From contig CDRNVI010000039.1 of the NCBI GenBank assembly GCA_977017575.1, positions 558,001-622,000 of the forward strand: DNA of 64,000 nucleotides, in the 5' to 3' direction. Under the pieces are notes generated by a model. The model saw only the letters and a program-made list of their open reading frames with translations, was not told the origin of the DNA and searched no databases. Both the position numbers and the translations under genes were made by a program. This document shows positions 31,001 to 40,807 of this stretch, one piece after another (position 1 is the first letter of the stretch; every line of letters starts with the position of its first letter). This DNA is from Paramoeba atlantica (lineage: Eukaryota > Protista > Discosea).

Positions 31001-33436
31001 CAACCCCGTTCATCAAAAATGGGACTAACCTTTAGAGAGCTACGCGTCTTGTTTTTTGATAATTTTTTTTCAGGCTTCCTCACATTACTACAGAGAAGAC
31101 CGCAAAAATAGTGTCGAAAGGCGCAAAAGACTAATATTTTAATTATTTGTATTTGTTCCTCTTTTTTGTGCATTTAATGTGACTTTTGGAGTTTTCGTAA
31201 GAATTATTGAGAAAATTTAACCAGTTTTTAACATTACTCCCGATCTTTTTCCTTTAACGACATATGAATTCTAGCGATAGCGAAGAGCTGTCGAGCGGGG
31301 TCACTCTTTCGGATGAAAATGATTCTGATTGGAACCCATCAGATGAAATGGAATCAGATTTCTCTGAATCACAAGAATCGTCTTCTTTTTCGTCGAATGG
31401 TTCGTGTGCTGCTCTAGGATATGATTCGCCGCACGACGACGTACGTATATTGTCTAGTTCATCCAGCTACTCAACTTCCAGTGGCTCGGAATCTTCGTAT
31501 TCTTCTTCTTCGGAATCTTCGCATTCTTCTTCGGAATCTTCGTATTCTTCTGCTAGCGAAAGTAACGTTTCCTCCCCTCTCCCACTTTCCCCTCTCTTAC
31601 TTTCTCCTGCACGCCGTGTTTGCTCTTCGACCCGCTCTCGCATTCCATCTTTTTCACCAGACCGTTTTCAAAGAAGTGGATCGTTGTCTCCAGGATTTGA
31701 TGCCAAGCTGTTGGAAGCGATACGTGATATTAAGGACGTTCACTCCGATATATCCCACCCAGCTGTTGACAACACCTTCTCTGATAGTTTACCCCCTGAA
31801 ATGGAAGAACCAGATTCCAAACAACCAACCAATCAGTTAATTCCAGATCCAAGAGATGATCAATTAAAATCTTTGGAGAAAAAAATCAGTGCCAAGGATG
31901 CAGTTATCAAGAGGCTGCGCAACAAACTTTGCAAGACTAAACGCAAAGTGAAGACTCTTGAAAAGCGTGGAAGTAAGCAGAAGGAAGACTTTTTGGAGAC
32001 CGAAAAGCGGAAAACAGAAATGGAGATCAAAGTGGAAATATTAAAAAGGGACAACGCAAGCGCTCGCACAGAGTGTCAGGACCTGAAAAAACGTTTCAAT
32101 CACTTAATGTGCGAGCGGCAGAAAACACTTAAAATAGTAAGCGAGTTCCGTCGCGCATCACTGCTTGAAAAAAAAGAGCGAAGCGTTGGAAAGAAAAGAG
32201 GTCGTCCGATGAAAAAGAAAAATGAAAGAAAACGCTATCTAACTGTTCTTTTCAAACAGCCTGGCAGTTTAACTGAATCTGGGTTGTTTCTTTTGAAAGG
32301 TTTATATCAAACAGGTTTGTTCTGTCAAGCGGATCTTTGCTATATGTTTATCTTGCCGAAGCAAACGTGCAGTCGCTTGATTAGAAAAATTGACGGTCAA
32401 TCTATAAATGTCACGCTGCGCCTCCAAAAAATTGAGACAGTGCGTCGAACTATTTTTGTAAGGCGATGCTACAAGAAAATGAACGAACTGAAGGCCAGTT
32501 CTTTGAGAAACTCGTCTTTACTGATGAGACATTCGTCTGTGAAGGGGATTCTTCCACGTCTACCTGGCAAAGTCGATATGATCGAGTTGCGCGTAACAGA
32601 GACTTTCACCCCATTAAGGTCATGATATGGGGAGGTATCGACAATCAAGGCAATTTTATATTTCACTGGTGTGACAATTTCGCGTCCTTTTATGCGAACG
32701 AGATAAGCCGCCCTGTGCAGCCTGGGGAAAAGCGTGAAACGCTTCCTGATCAACTAAAACTCGGGAGCCTATATTATCGTCGCGAAATTCTTGATGCAGA
32801 GTGGGTTCGATACTGTGAGGTAAACCCCACCGCGGTTTACATGGATGATGGAGCCTCGCCGCATACGAGTGAGAAGACACAGCTGTGGTGGAAAAGGCAT
32901 GTTGCTTCCGGACATTACGCACAATGTTTGCGGTACATGTCTGGCGTAGAGGACGTAAATCCTTTCCGGTGGCCCGCAGACTCCCCGGATCTAAATCCCA
33001 TTGAAAATTTTTGGGCAAGAATTCGGCATGCAAAGAACCAGACGTTTCCTCGCACGTCTGAGGAGATAAAAAGAGTGTCTCAAAGTTATTTTCTCTCTCT
33101 TGAGGGTAGGGCGACGGCCAAGAAGTTGCATAACACATTTAAAAAACGTTTAGAAATGTGTATTGCTGCCGATGGACATAAAATTCGATATTAAAACACC
33201 TTTATCTTATGATATTTTTAGACCATTGCTAAAAATTATACTCAGAAAAGTTCATTTTTTAAAGGGAATTTTGACTTTTCAGGGTACTTTTTAAGGTAAT
33301 ATTATATATTTGTTTTGTCTACAAGTATTTTTCCGGTGGTACCCTCAACTAGATCTGCACGAATACACCGTTCTTTTGCCCTTTCTCTCATATACATGAA
33401 TGTGGGGATAGTCCCAAAACCACTGGAACGGGGTTG
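31001..33436 (+). mobile_element. Full-length Tc1/IS630-superfamily DNA transposon (2436 bp) with TA TSD and bipartite imperfect TIRs
   Basis: TA|caaccccgttc-atcaaaaa-tgggacta versus tagtccca-aaaccactg-gaacggggttg|TA; encloses the transposase ORFs. Confidence 0.88.
31264..33194 (+). pseudogene. Tc1-like transposase (DD51E) split by a -1 frame change at about 32452-32458
   Basis: ORF1: Ser-rich tract, coiled coil, HTH-like segment, ...ETVRRTIF. ORF2: (C)KAMLQ..LVFTDET, VMIWGGI, YMDDGASPH, WPADSPDLNPIENFW, RLEMCIAADG. One extra T in ATTTTTG fuses them. Confidence 0.88.
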
Positions 33437-33501
33437 TAGTATTTTTAAAACACTAAAATATTTATAAAAATACAAAAAAATAATCTTTAATTTTCTATAT
33501 A

Positions 33502-34572
33502 CAGGGGCGGTTTTTGATCTTGTCCCCTCCTAGGAAATTTAATTTTTTTTTATCAATTTTTTTCACGTTTTTGCAGCATTGAAGACATCTTGTTCCCCTA
33601 GCGAAGCCCTAGCTTTGCCGCCTGTTTTTCATAGAGACACCATGGTGCCCTGTGGAAGTTGACAAAACTCAGAAATTTTGGATTTTTTATCATATTCTGA
33701 AAAAGTGACTTTAACTAAAACAAATGTTTATCTTAGAAGAAAACCACAACAAATAAATATCCAGAATGTCCCCCATTGTTTTGCAATACTTTTCGAAGCC
33801 TAATGGGAACCGACTCAATGGAGTTTAACACTTTTTTGTTTCTGAAGGGGTCATTTTAGGAAGGAAAAAGATTCTTTAATGGCTTGTGCACGGATGGCGT
33901 GACCGTGAAGCTTAATTTGTTTGTTTATAAATTTATCCACTCTATTGCATAGCTATTGATGTTTGTACAGAAATATTGCTTGAGCATAAAGAAATTAGAA
34001 GACTATTTAAGCCTACACACATTCGAAAAACCCACATACCGTATATCCCCCCCAGTAAGGTACCCCCCAGTAAGAGAGGTTTGGCCCCTTTTAGGCTGAC
34101 CCTCAGTAAGAGAGATTTGGCTTGGGAGCCCAACAGGAGGCGTATAGGGGGTAAGGGGTGGGTGTTTGCATGTTGGGGGCCTCGGGGGTAACCCAAAGAA
34201 GCGTTTTAACACGTTTTCAGCAGAACAAAATGGAAAAAATAGTCAAAAAAGTTGGGAGAAAAGGGGAAACTGGCCAAAAAAGCATACCCCGCACAGTAAG
34301 AGAGATTTGGCCATTTCGACTCAAAACCCATTCTCTTACTGGGGGGGTATACGGTAATCATGAAAGAAATCGGAAAAAATGGTTGTGTGCACAAAAAAAG
34401 GCCTAAAAATCTGCATGTTTTGGACCCAGGGGGCACCAGGGGGTTTCTATGAAAAAAAGCGGCACAGCGCTTCGTTAGGGGAACGAGATCTCTTCAATGC
34501 TGCAAAAATGAGCAAAAACGGGCAGAAAAATTAAACTTTCGCAGGAGGAAGCAAGATCAACAACCGCCCCTG
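33502..34572. mobile_element. 1071-bp non-autonomous TIR element with about 150-bp imperfect TIRs and TA TSD
   Basis: TA|caggggcggtttttgatcttg ... caagatcaacaaccgcccctg|TA; inverted homology continues through tttttgcagcattgaaga.atct.gttccccta.cgaagc to ggtgccc (33502-33651 versus about 34427-34572); internal cagtaagagag(a/g)tttggc motif x3. Confidence 0.88.
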
Positions 34573-34828
34573 TATTTTAATACTCTAAAGAATAGGACAG
34601 GACTGAAGAATTACATTTTGCTATTCTGAAGAATAGCACAGGTCAGGTACGACGTTGACCTGTTCTTTGTTTTCATGAAAGTGCAGATGAGACCTCGCGG
34701 GCATCCTACATCTGTGTATTTGATTATAAATGCTTTTACTTTGCGTCGTCTTTTTTATTCTACTTCATGCATGGTCTGTTTTAGTATCACAGTTGTTCAT
34801 AGAATCTATGACATACAGTATGTATTTT

Positions 34829-36499
34829 TCATTCATTTTTGCCAAGCCGGTAGCTTCCGCTTGTAGTACTTTCCGCTCGAAGTGTAGGAAGGTTCAGCCA
34901 AGAGCAATTAAAGTAGAAAGAAAGTTGCCTAAATATTGTCAAGACTATCGGGACTGTAGGAACCCAAAAGCAAAACTCGGGTTTACGTATGACGAAGTAA
35001 CATGTAGAAATAATGATGTACCTCCAAAACAATACGTGAACGTTAGTGGAATGGTGGGTAAACGTTGCTACATGACGGGTGGAACTAAGAACCAGCCGAT
35101 CTTGTTGCGAGCCTTGGCAGAAAATGCTTAACACATACCTTTTCACCGCCTTTAATCCATCTCTGAGGGAAGTGATACGTGAGGGCAACCTATAAAAGAG
35201 AATGTCGGTATACAAAGCCGAGGTACCAACGTATTGAACAGCTAAGGCATCGCCGTTTTCTTTGCAGAGCCGGGCATGTGCGGCACAAAGAAAATCAGGG
35301 CTGTCCGAAATTAGACTTTCCATTTCAGATAGTTTGCTCCAGAGTATAGATGCCTGAACGATATTCGTTCGATCCGTGCAGTCCACGCAATTTACCCTAA
35401 GATAAAGTTCTTGTTTCTTTTCCAAATTCTCACCTACGTAACAAGTAAGTGATGCATCCAATAACTGTGAAGATACTATACTTGAACATTCACGGATTCG
35501 CTCCAATGATAACATCACATCGTTTTCCATTATGTCGTACGTTAGCAAACGTATTCCGATAGATTCGGAATATCTTGAAAACAAGTTTTGTTGCTCTGCA
35601 AGCTCTGCTTTCCTTAACACAGACAAACATGCCACCCCGCCTTTGTAGTATGTGTTCAGCATTTTGAAATGTTGAGAGGTAGGTTCGGATGACGTAGATT
35701 GTACACGCGTAAGCGGTTTGTAGCGTCCCGTTATGGGCTGACTCCATTCAACAGGCAGGGATCCTCTAAGAACTACGTATGAAGTCACACATGTGCCCTC
35801 CTGCACCATTAACTCGGACTCCACTAAATTCGCCGCGTATCCCTCGGCATTTATACCTCTGCTGTGATATCGCATACCGGTATTGCGGTGACTTCGACGA
35901 CTCACTAAACACACTTGTGAAGTTTTTGTCCAGAATTGCCCTACGTAACCGTATATGATAGGAACTACCCAGTTGTTCGAAGGAAACTGCCCGACCAATT
36001 CTTCGTTCCACATGTATCCAAGAGAGACATTTATAGTACTGTGATTTGTTTTTCTCGCGCAATTTTCGGAGAAATCTTCCCTAAAAGAACCGTAAAAGTG
36101 TTTTGCATTTGCATTTAGAAATCCCAGAAGATCGTTTTGAAAATCGTTCGACGAACTCACATATTTATCCTTGTCCTTTCCTATAACTTCATCAGAAGGC
36201 GGAAGGAGTATAAAACCGAATTTTCGACATTGAAAAACAGAATGAAACCCACACGGTGCAGCATCTTCTATAATTACTAGTATCGTTTGAGAAAGAAGTT
36301 TCACAATTCCATAGATGCCCAAGCACGTCTGCTTCCTGGCGACCTTAAGAAAAGGCTCTTTATCCCGATGTACAAACGTTTGAGAAATTCTGCACCATGC
36401 TATATCCGAAAAAAATGGAGAACTAAGTGAGATACTCGGTTGCGGTTCAGCGCTGTAATCGATGGCAATATTGGAGGCATAGAGTCGGCTTTGAGGCAT
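34829..36499 (-). CDS. SAC1: SAC1-family phosphoinositide phosphatase
   Basis: YMWN, PIIYGYV, SRRS..NTGMRY..RG...EG.AAN.VESE, RGSLP.EW.Q, catalytic RVNCVDCTDRTN. Confidence 0.93.
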   Translation of the reverse strand: MPQSRLYASNIAIDYSAEPQPSISLSSPFFSDIAWCRISQTFVHRDKEPFLKVARKQTCLGIYGIVKLLSQTILVIIEDAAPCGFHSVFQCRKFGFILLPPSDEVIGKDKDKYVSSSNDFQNDLLGFLNANAKHFYGSFREDFSENCARKTNHSTINVSLGYMWNEELVGQFPSNNWVVPIIYGYVGQFWTKTSQVCLVSRRSHRNTGMRYHSRGINAEGYAANLVESELMVQEGTCVTSYVVLRGSLPVEWSQPITGRYKPLTRVQSTSSEPTSQHFKMLNTYYKGGVACLSVLRKAELAEQQNLFSRYSESIGIRLLTYDIMENDVMLSLERIRECSSIVSSQLLDASLTCYVGENLEKKQELYLRVNCVDCTDRTNIVQASILWSKLSEMESLISDSPDFLCAAHARLCKENGDALAVQYVGTSALYTDILFYRLPSRITSLRDGLKAVKRYVLSIFCQGSQQDRLVLSSTRHVATFTHHSTNVHVLFWRYIIISTCYFVIRKPEFCFWVPTVPIVLTIFRQLSFYFNCSWLNLPTLRAESTTSGSYRLGKNE

Positions 36500-36898
36500 G
36501 ATGTGTAATTTATGGTGAAGTAACTATTAAATGTATCGATAAGGTTCAAGTTCTCAGGTTTTCAAAGGAGGTACACATTTTGTGTAAGCTAATATACATG
36601 TTCTTATGGCTAAGATACATGTACTTGTACTAAACTGTTCTCTAACATTTGTTTTGCAGCGCTGTTTTGGATAAATATCGATTGTGCGCTCAAAAAAATC
36701 ACCCTAAGTTATGTTGTGTTTCAGTGACTGAAATCGTCGCGTGCGTTGAATAACTAATTTATCACCGAGGCGTAAATCACCTAAAGTAATAGTCATTTAC
36801 GATGAAGAATTTCGTGAGCCAGAATGATCTCGAGATAAAATACAATAGTATGTAATTTACAATACATCGCATGCAAACGATATACAGCATTTATGGTA

Positions 36899-37159
36899 TT
36901 AACTTGACGCGCCTCCTGGAATAAATAGAGCAACGTGATGGCTATTTAGAATCAACTCCGGTACAGGGCCAGTTTTCAAGACTTTTCGTTTGCCGTCTGC
37001 TGAAGGTTTAGATGTCTCTACTATCACTGCGTCATGTAACACAATGTTCAAATTTGCGTCATGGGAGAAAAGTGTCCCCGTGAATTCACGTTGGTCTTGC
37101 ATTAAAACCCAGAGGGAGCTTCCAACGCAATGACTTAAAAACGCCAAGGGACTTGCCAT
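36899..37159 (-). CDS. LSM5: Sm-like protein LSm5
   Basis: PLAFLSHCVGSSLWVLM..REFTGTL..HD..LNIVL.D and ILNSHHVALFIPGG (Sm1/Sm2 motifs with the LSm5-type ending). Confidence 0.82.
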   Translation of the reverse strand: MASPLAFLSHCVGSSLWVLMQDQREFTGTLFSHDANLNIVLHDAVIVETSKPSADGKRKVLKTGPVPELILNSHHVALFIPGGASS

Positions 37160-37394
37160 TAAAATTTTATAAATAAACGTTTAAGCATAAATTTTTTAAC
37201 TTCTAAATAGTTCATTTGTAAATAGTTCATTTACAGCTCAAAAACAAGAGATTATGTTGTGCGATTAAAATTTCAATAAATTGTATTGACTTGGGACCGA
37301 GCACCCAATTTCTCCTGTTCCGAAATATATAGACAAACAGTAATCAGTTTATTGTTCGAATAGAAGTAGGTTCCGTAAGAAGTTCTCTACATCG

Positions 37395-38378
37395 TCACAC
37401 AGAAACCGATTTTAAACAACGATAGTATGAATTTTTGTCTCGACCGGAGTTCAACGTGGCAATATCAAGAGATAGCGGTAAGAAACTTCCTAGCGTGGCA
37501 TCTCTATGTTCGTCCAAAATTTTCGTAGCATCAAAGGATGCGCACTCTGACACGCACGATTGGCCTACCGATAGCGTACGTAAATATTTCGAGTTTATAA
37601 TTGTAACGTGAGGAACGTATCCCCCTTCATTCTCTTCATTGGTCTCCATTTCACCAGAATTAAAAAGTTCTCGACAATATGTAACGAAATCACCGAGTTT
37701 GGTGCGAAGTTCCATGGAAGCAATTTCCACGTAAACAACGCAAGCTTTCGTGACGGCCTCCCCGAAGTAATTGAGACCAGCAAGTGGAATGGTCTCACTG
37801 TCAAACTCTCGTCTGAATCGTTCAACGCATTTGTCAAGAACGTATTTTGCACGCATCTCCTGTGACTTAGACAGTTTTAACATTAAAAGAGTTAAGTGGG
37901 TCCTAACTGGGGAATGAAATGCTTTTTCTAGGGTTTTATCTGCGAGCGTTTTACTAATATCACTAGACAGCTTCTCGATGCGTCCCCTTAGCTCCTTTTG
38001 CAAGCCTATAGGAATGGCAAGAAAGTGCGTATATTTAACAAGGTCTTTTGAACACTTTCGTTCGCCCAGATTTGTTTTCATTTCAGTTTGTAGAATCGTG
38101 GCTGCACCGTTTTGACCACAAAGAGCTTTATCAGGGACATCATAAATCGCATTTATCCCAGCTTCCTGCTTGCGCACTCGAAACACACGACCGCGCAGAG
38201 ACATAAGCCTGATATCGGGTTCGTTTAAAGCGTATTCGCAGCGCTTCATATCAGAAGCGTGCTTTCCAAGCTCCGGAGAAAGAGCTAAGCAATCGTAGCA
38301 TGCGTAGCGCTCTCTAGAAATAATGCTACTACAATTATTGCATCTCCACGATCCTGCTTGCTTCACTGATCGATGCAT
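37395..38378 (-). CDS. ASCC1/AKAP7-like 2H phosphoesterase with an N-terminal RanBP-type zinc finger
   Basis: W.C.NC...CYDC; YTHFLAIPI; HLTLLMLKL; HVTIINSKY. Confidence 0.8.
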   Translation of the reverse strand: MHRSVKQAGSWRCNNCSSIISRERYACYDCLALSPELGKHASDMKRCEYALNEPDIRLMSLRGRVFRVRKQEAGINAIYDVPDKALCGQNGAATILQTEMKTNLGERKCSKDLVKYTHFLAIPIGLQKELRGRIEKLSSDISKTLADKTLEKAFHSPVRTHLTLLMLKLSKSQEMRAKYVLDKCVERFRREFDSETIPLAGLNYFGEAVTKACVVYVEIASMELRTKLGDFVTYCRELFNSGEMETNEENEGGYVPHVTIINSKYLRTLSVGQSCVSECASFDATKILDEHRDATLGSFLPLSLDIATLNSGRDKNSYYRCLKSVSV

Positions 38379-38616
38379 AAAATCGGTACTGGGAGCTTAA
38401 CCCCTCGAGAGCGTTTTAATAGAATTTTAGTATAAAATGGTGGATAAAGCCAATATTCTGTAATAGTGTTATAAAATACAGAACTCATGCTAGTAAATCA
38501 ACATAAAAACAGCGAGAAATGGTGAAAGTGACGTGTACCCCCTGTTTAAACCTCAAAGAAATCTTTTGTACACAGACAGTATTTGAGGGAGAACAATCAA
38601 TGTATTTGTCATTGCT

Positions 38617-38703
38617 TCAATGCTGCACCTGCGCGTGGGTCCGTACGTTTAGTACAGGGCCGCCTTGAAACGAGTCAAAACTGTTGTGCGACAAATCTAT
38701 GTA
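38617..38703 (-). pseudogene. Orphaned 3' end of the LRR gene interrupted by the pogo element
   Basis: Reads (Y)IDLSHNSFDSFQGGPVLNVRTHAQVQH*, continuing ...LPDQFEY in frame once 38704-40826 and one TA are removed. Confidence 0.85.
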
Positions 38704-39263
38704 CTGTGACCCCCCCCTTTAATATGGACACTTTTTCGGCTTTTGTCCATAATAAAGGGGGGGGGGCGATGAAAGGGGTGTGAAAAAAAATTCGGCGCCG
38801 CTTCGCGGCACCTTTTTTGCTTATAATACGACAAAAAATCAAATTTGTAAAATCCATGTCCAGGAGAGAGGGCGAGGAGAGCAGAGGAAGAGGGCGGGGG
38901 AGGAGGGCGTCAATGAGGGGTGAAGGGGCACTTCTTCATAAGGGTGAAGGGTACATGGAGGATATACATTATTGATGTACACTATAATTAGGAATAAAAA
39001 ATTAACAACAAGCAAAAAATCATGCATGCTCACATTCAGCTCTATATTCCGTGTAGCTATAAAGGTTCCATTCAGTTAAATTGTAGATGTTCTAACGTAA
39101 AAATCGAGCCCAAACTTCCTACTCATACAAAGTTTCACACAAATGAACTAAAGGTGGAAAGAAAGAACTTACGTTCACGACGGGAAAAAACAAGACCAAC
39201 GTTAAGAGCTCACGTAAAAAAACCCACGTAAACTTATCACAACAAAATAAAATAACAGCCCTT

Positions 39264-40157
39264 TTACAATTCAAAAGTATCATCATATGCTACTGACTGA
39301 TCCCACCCCTCTGTGTCCATGTCCCCGCGGTCATTGTCTGGATGAAGCATTAGTTGCCCTAAACAATCTTGAGTGTCAATTATTTCCTCATCGTGAAGCT
39401 CTTCAGTGAGGGCAGGACGATGAGACAGAGCACCGGGAACGCATGGTCGCCATGTTTTTGAGATATTTTTGCGTGTGAGCTTGTTCTCCACGGGAACTAA
39501 AAAAAGCAAGTTACACAGATTGTTTACCAAATGGAGCCCGCATTCATTCGTCATTGGTTGCTGTTGCGGCACTGCGGCGTATTTAATCTTCATCTCCGCA
39601 GAGAAACCTATCAGCGGACGCATGTGAATCATGATGCTGTTCAGAAAATCAGATCGAGCAGAGGGACAATATGTTTCGTAACTGTCGAAAACAGTTAGCC
39701 CAAACCTCTGGAAATTGACAAGGATAAAATGCCCATTAAAAATTAAAGCCACGGCTATTCGACGAACCGATGTAATATGCTGTTTTGGCTCGCGGCCCAG
39801 GCCTAACATCAACTGCGTCTGTCCGGTATTTAGGAACATGAGATGCCTGTCTGGATTAGGCAATTCCCGATATACCTCCATTACGTTTTGGCAGAGCTGA
39901 TCCACCGCGTGCGTGGTAAGACAGCTTTTGGGACGTCGAAATTTTTTCCACGTATCAACCAGGGTGGGAGGAGTCTCCTCTGTTTCCGGCACAACAATCG
40001 GCTCATTTCGTGAAGACTCTATTTGTGGTGAAATTTCCTCACGGACTTTTATCTCAGCTTTCGCTTTTCTGGTTGGTTCACTTTCGGGATCCTTCTCGCT
40101 CTGTAGCTGGTTGCTTGATGTACCTGCGGGCGGCGTTAAGAATAGTGTTGTGATGCT
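39264..40157 (-). CDS. Ulp1/SENP (peptidase C48)-like cysteine protease domain with an acidic linker, inside the pogo element
   Basis: Frame open from 40157 with no ATG; catalytic set GHFILV (H), FDSY (D), PQQQ (Q), NECG (C) intact. Confidence 0.8.
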   Translation of the reverse strand, partial: SITTLFLTPPAGTSSNQLQSEKDPESEPTRKAKAEIKVREEISPQIESSRNEPIVVPETEETPPTLVDTWKKFRRPKSCLTTHAVDQLCQNVMEVYRELPNPDRHLMFLNTGQTQLMLGLGREPKQHITSVRRIAVALIFNGHFILVNFQRFGLTVFDSYETYCPSARSDFLNSIMIHMRPLIGFSAEMKIKYAAVPQQQPMTNECGLHLVNNLCNLLFLVPVENKLTRKNISKTWRPCVPGALSHRPALTEELHDEEIIDTQDCLGQLMLHPDNDRGDMDTEGWDQSVAYDDTFEL

Positions 40158-40558
40158 TTACCCATACTCTCGAATGGGCCTCTTTTATCCACTCCAGCAC
40201 CAAATAACGAGTTACCTTACACGTAGTTACCTACCTTAACGGTAACTACCTTACACGTAGTTACCTTACACGAAGAGTTCTGTATTCACCATGCACTGAG
40301 CAACTCATTGTACGCCCTCTTAAATAGGCGATTGAATACTCGGTCGTGAATTTGGATCGCTTTCGTGCACCCGCCAGGAATTGTGTGCGGGTCACAGTTG
40401 ACGGGAATATCATCAGTGCGATGCCCCGTGAAGTCGTCAGTGACGATGGCCGTTGAAGATTGTTCCAGGGTAAGTGGCAAGTATCGGTGCATCATGCGGG
40501 GATATATATCATCTCGCACCCATCCAGAAGATCTCACATCAATAAATATGCCTTTCAA
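40078..40558 (-). pseudogene. Fragmented pogo/DDE_1 transposase (DD30D)
   Basis: SSGWV, IVTDDFTGH, IPGGCT.AIQIHD.VFNRLFK.AY; after a repeat scar, another frame gives VTRYLVLEWIKEAHSRV..TILNAARRYI; N-terminus deleted. Confidence 0.8.
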
Positions 40559-40807
40559 TTTATATTGTTGCCTTAATCCAAGAGGTTAAGGGTCCTTCCA
40601 CGGAATTCATTAGGTTGAAAAATGACTGAAATATATGAACATGACGAACTATGTGAAAGCTGATAAAATTACCTAGCTACAAATACCCTAAAAAACAGAA
40701 AAAAAGAGACAAAAAAAAGGGTACGTCAAAAAAAAAAAATTGGCGCCGCTGCGCGGCGCCCGGTCGGATTTGTCCATAATAAAGGGGGGGGATACCCCCT
40801 GTCCATA

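Noticed and set aside
32436-32465. Conserved programmed -1 frameshift in the Tc1 family
   Set aside because: No canonical X XXY YYZ heptamer, and the second element breaks at a different position; kept only as a homopolymer question.
33942-34436. Short ORFs inside the 1071-bp MITE, and likewise at 46926-47363 and 53208-53699
   Set aside because: No transposase or other motif; they lie in A/T- and G/C-run-rich non-coding repeat DNA.
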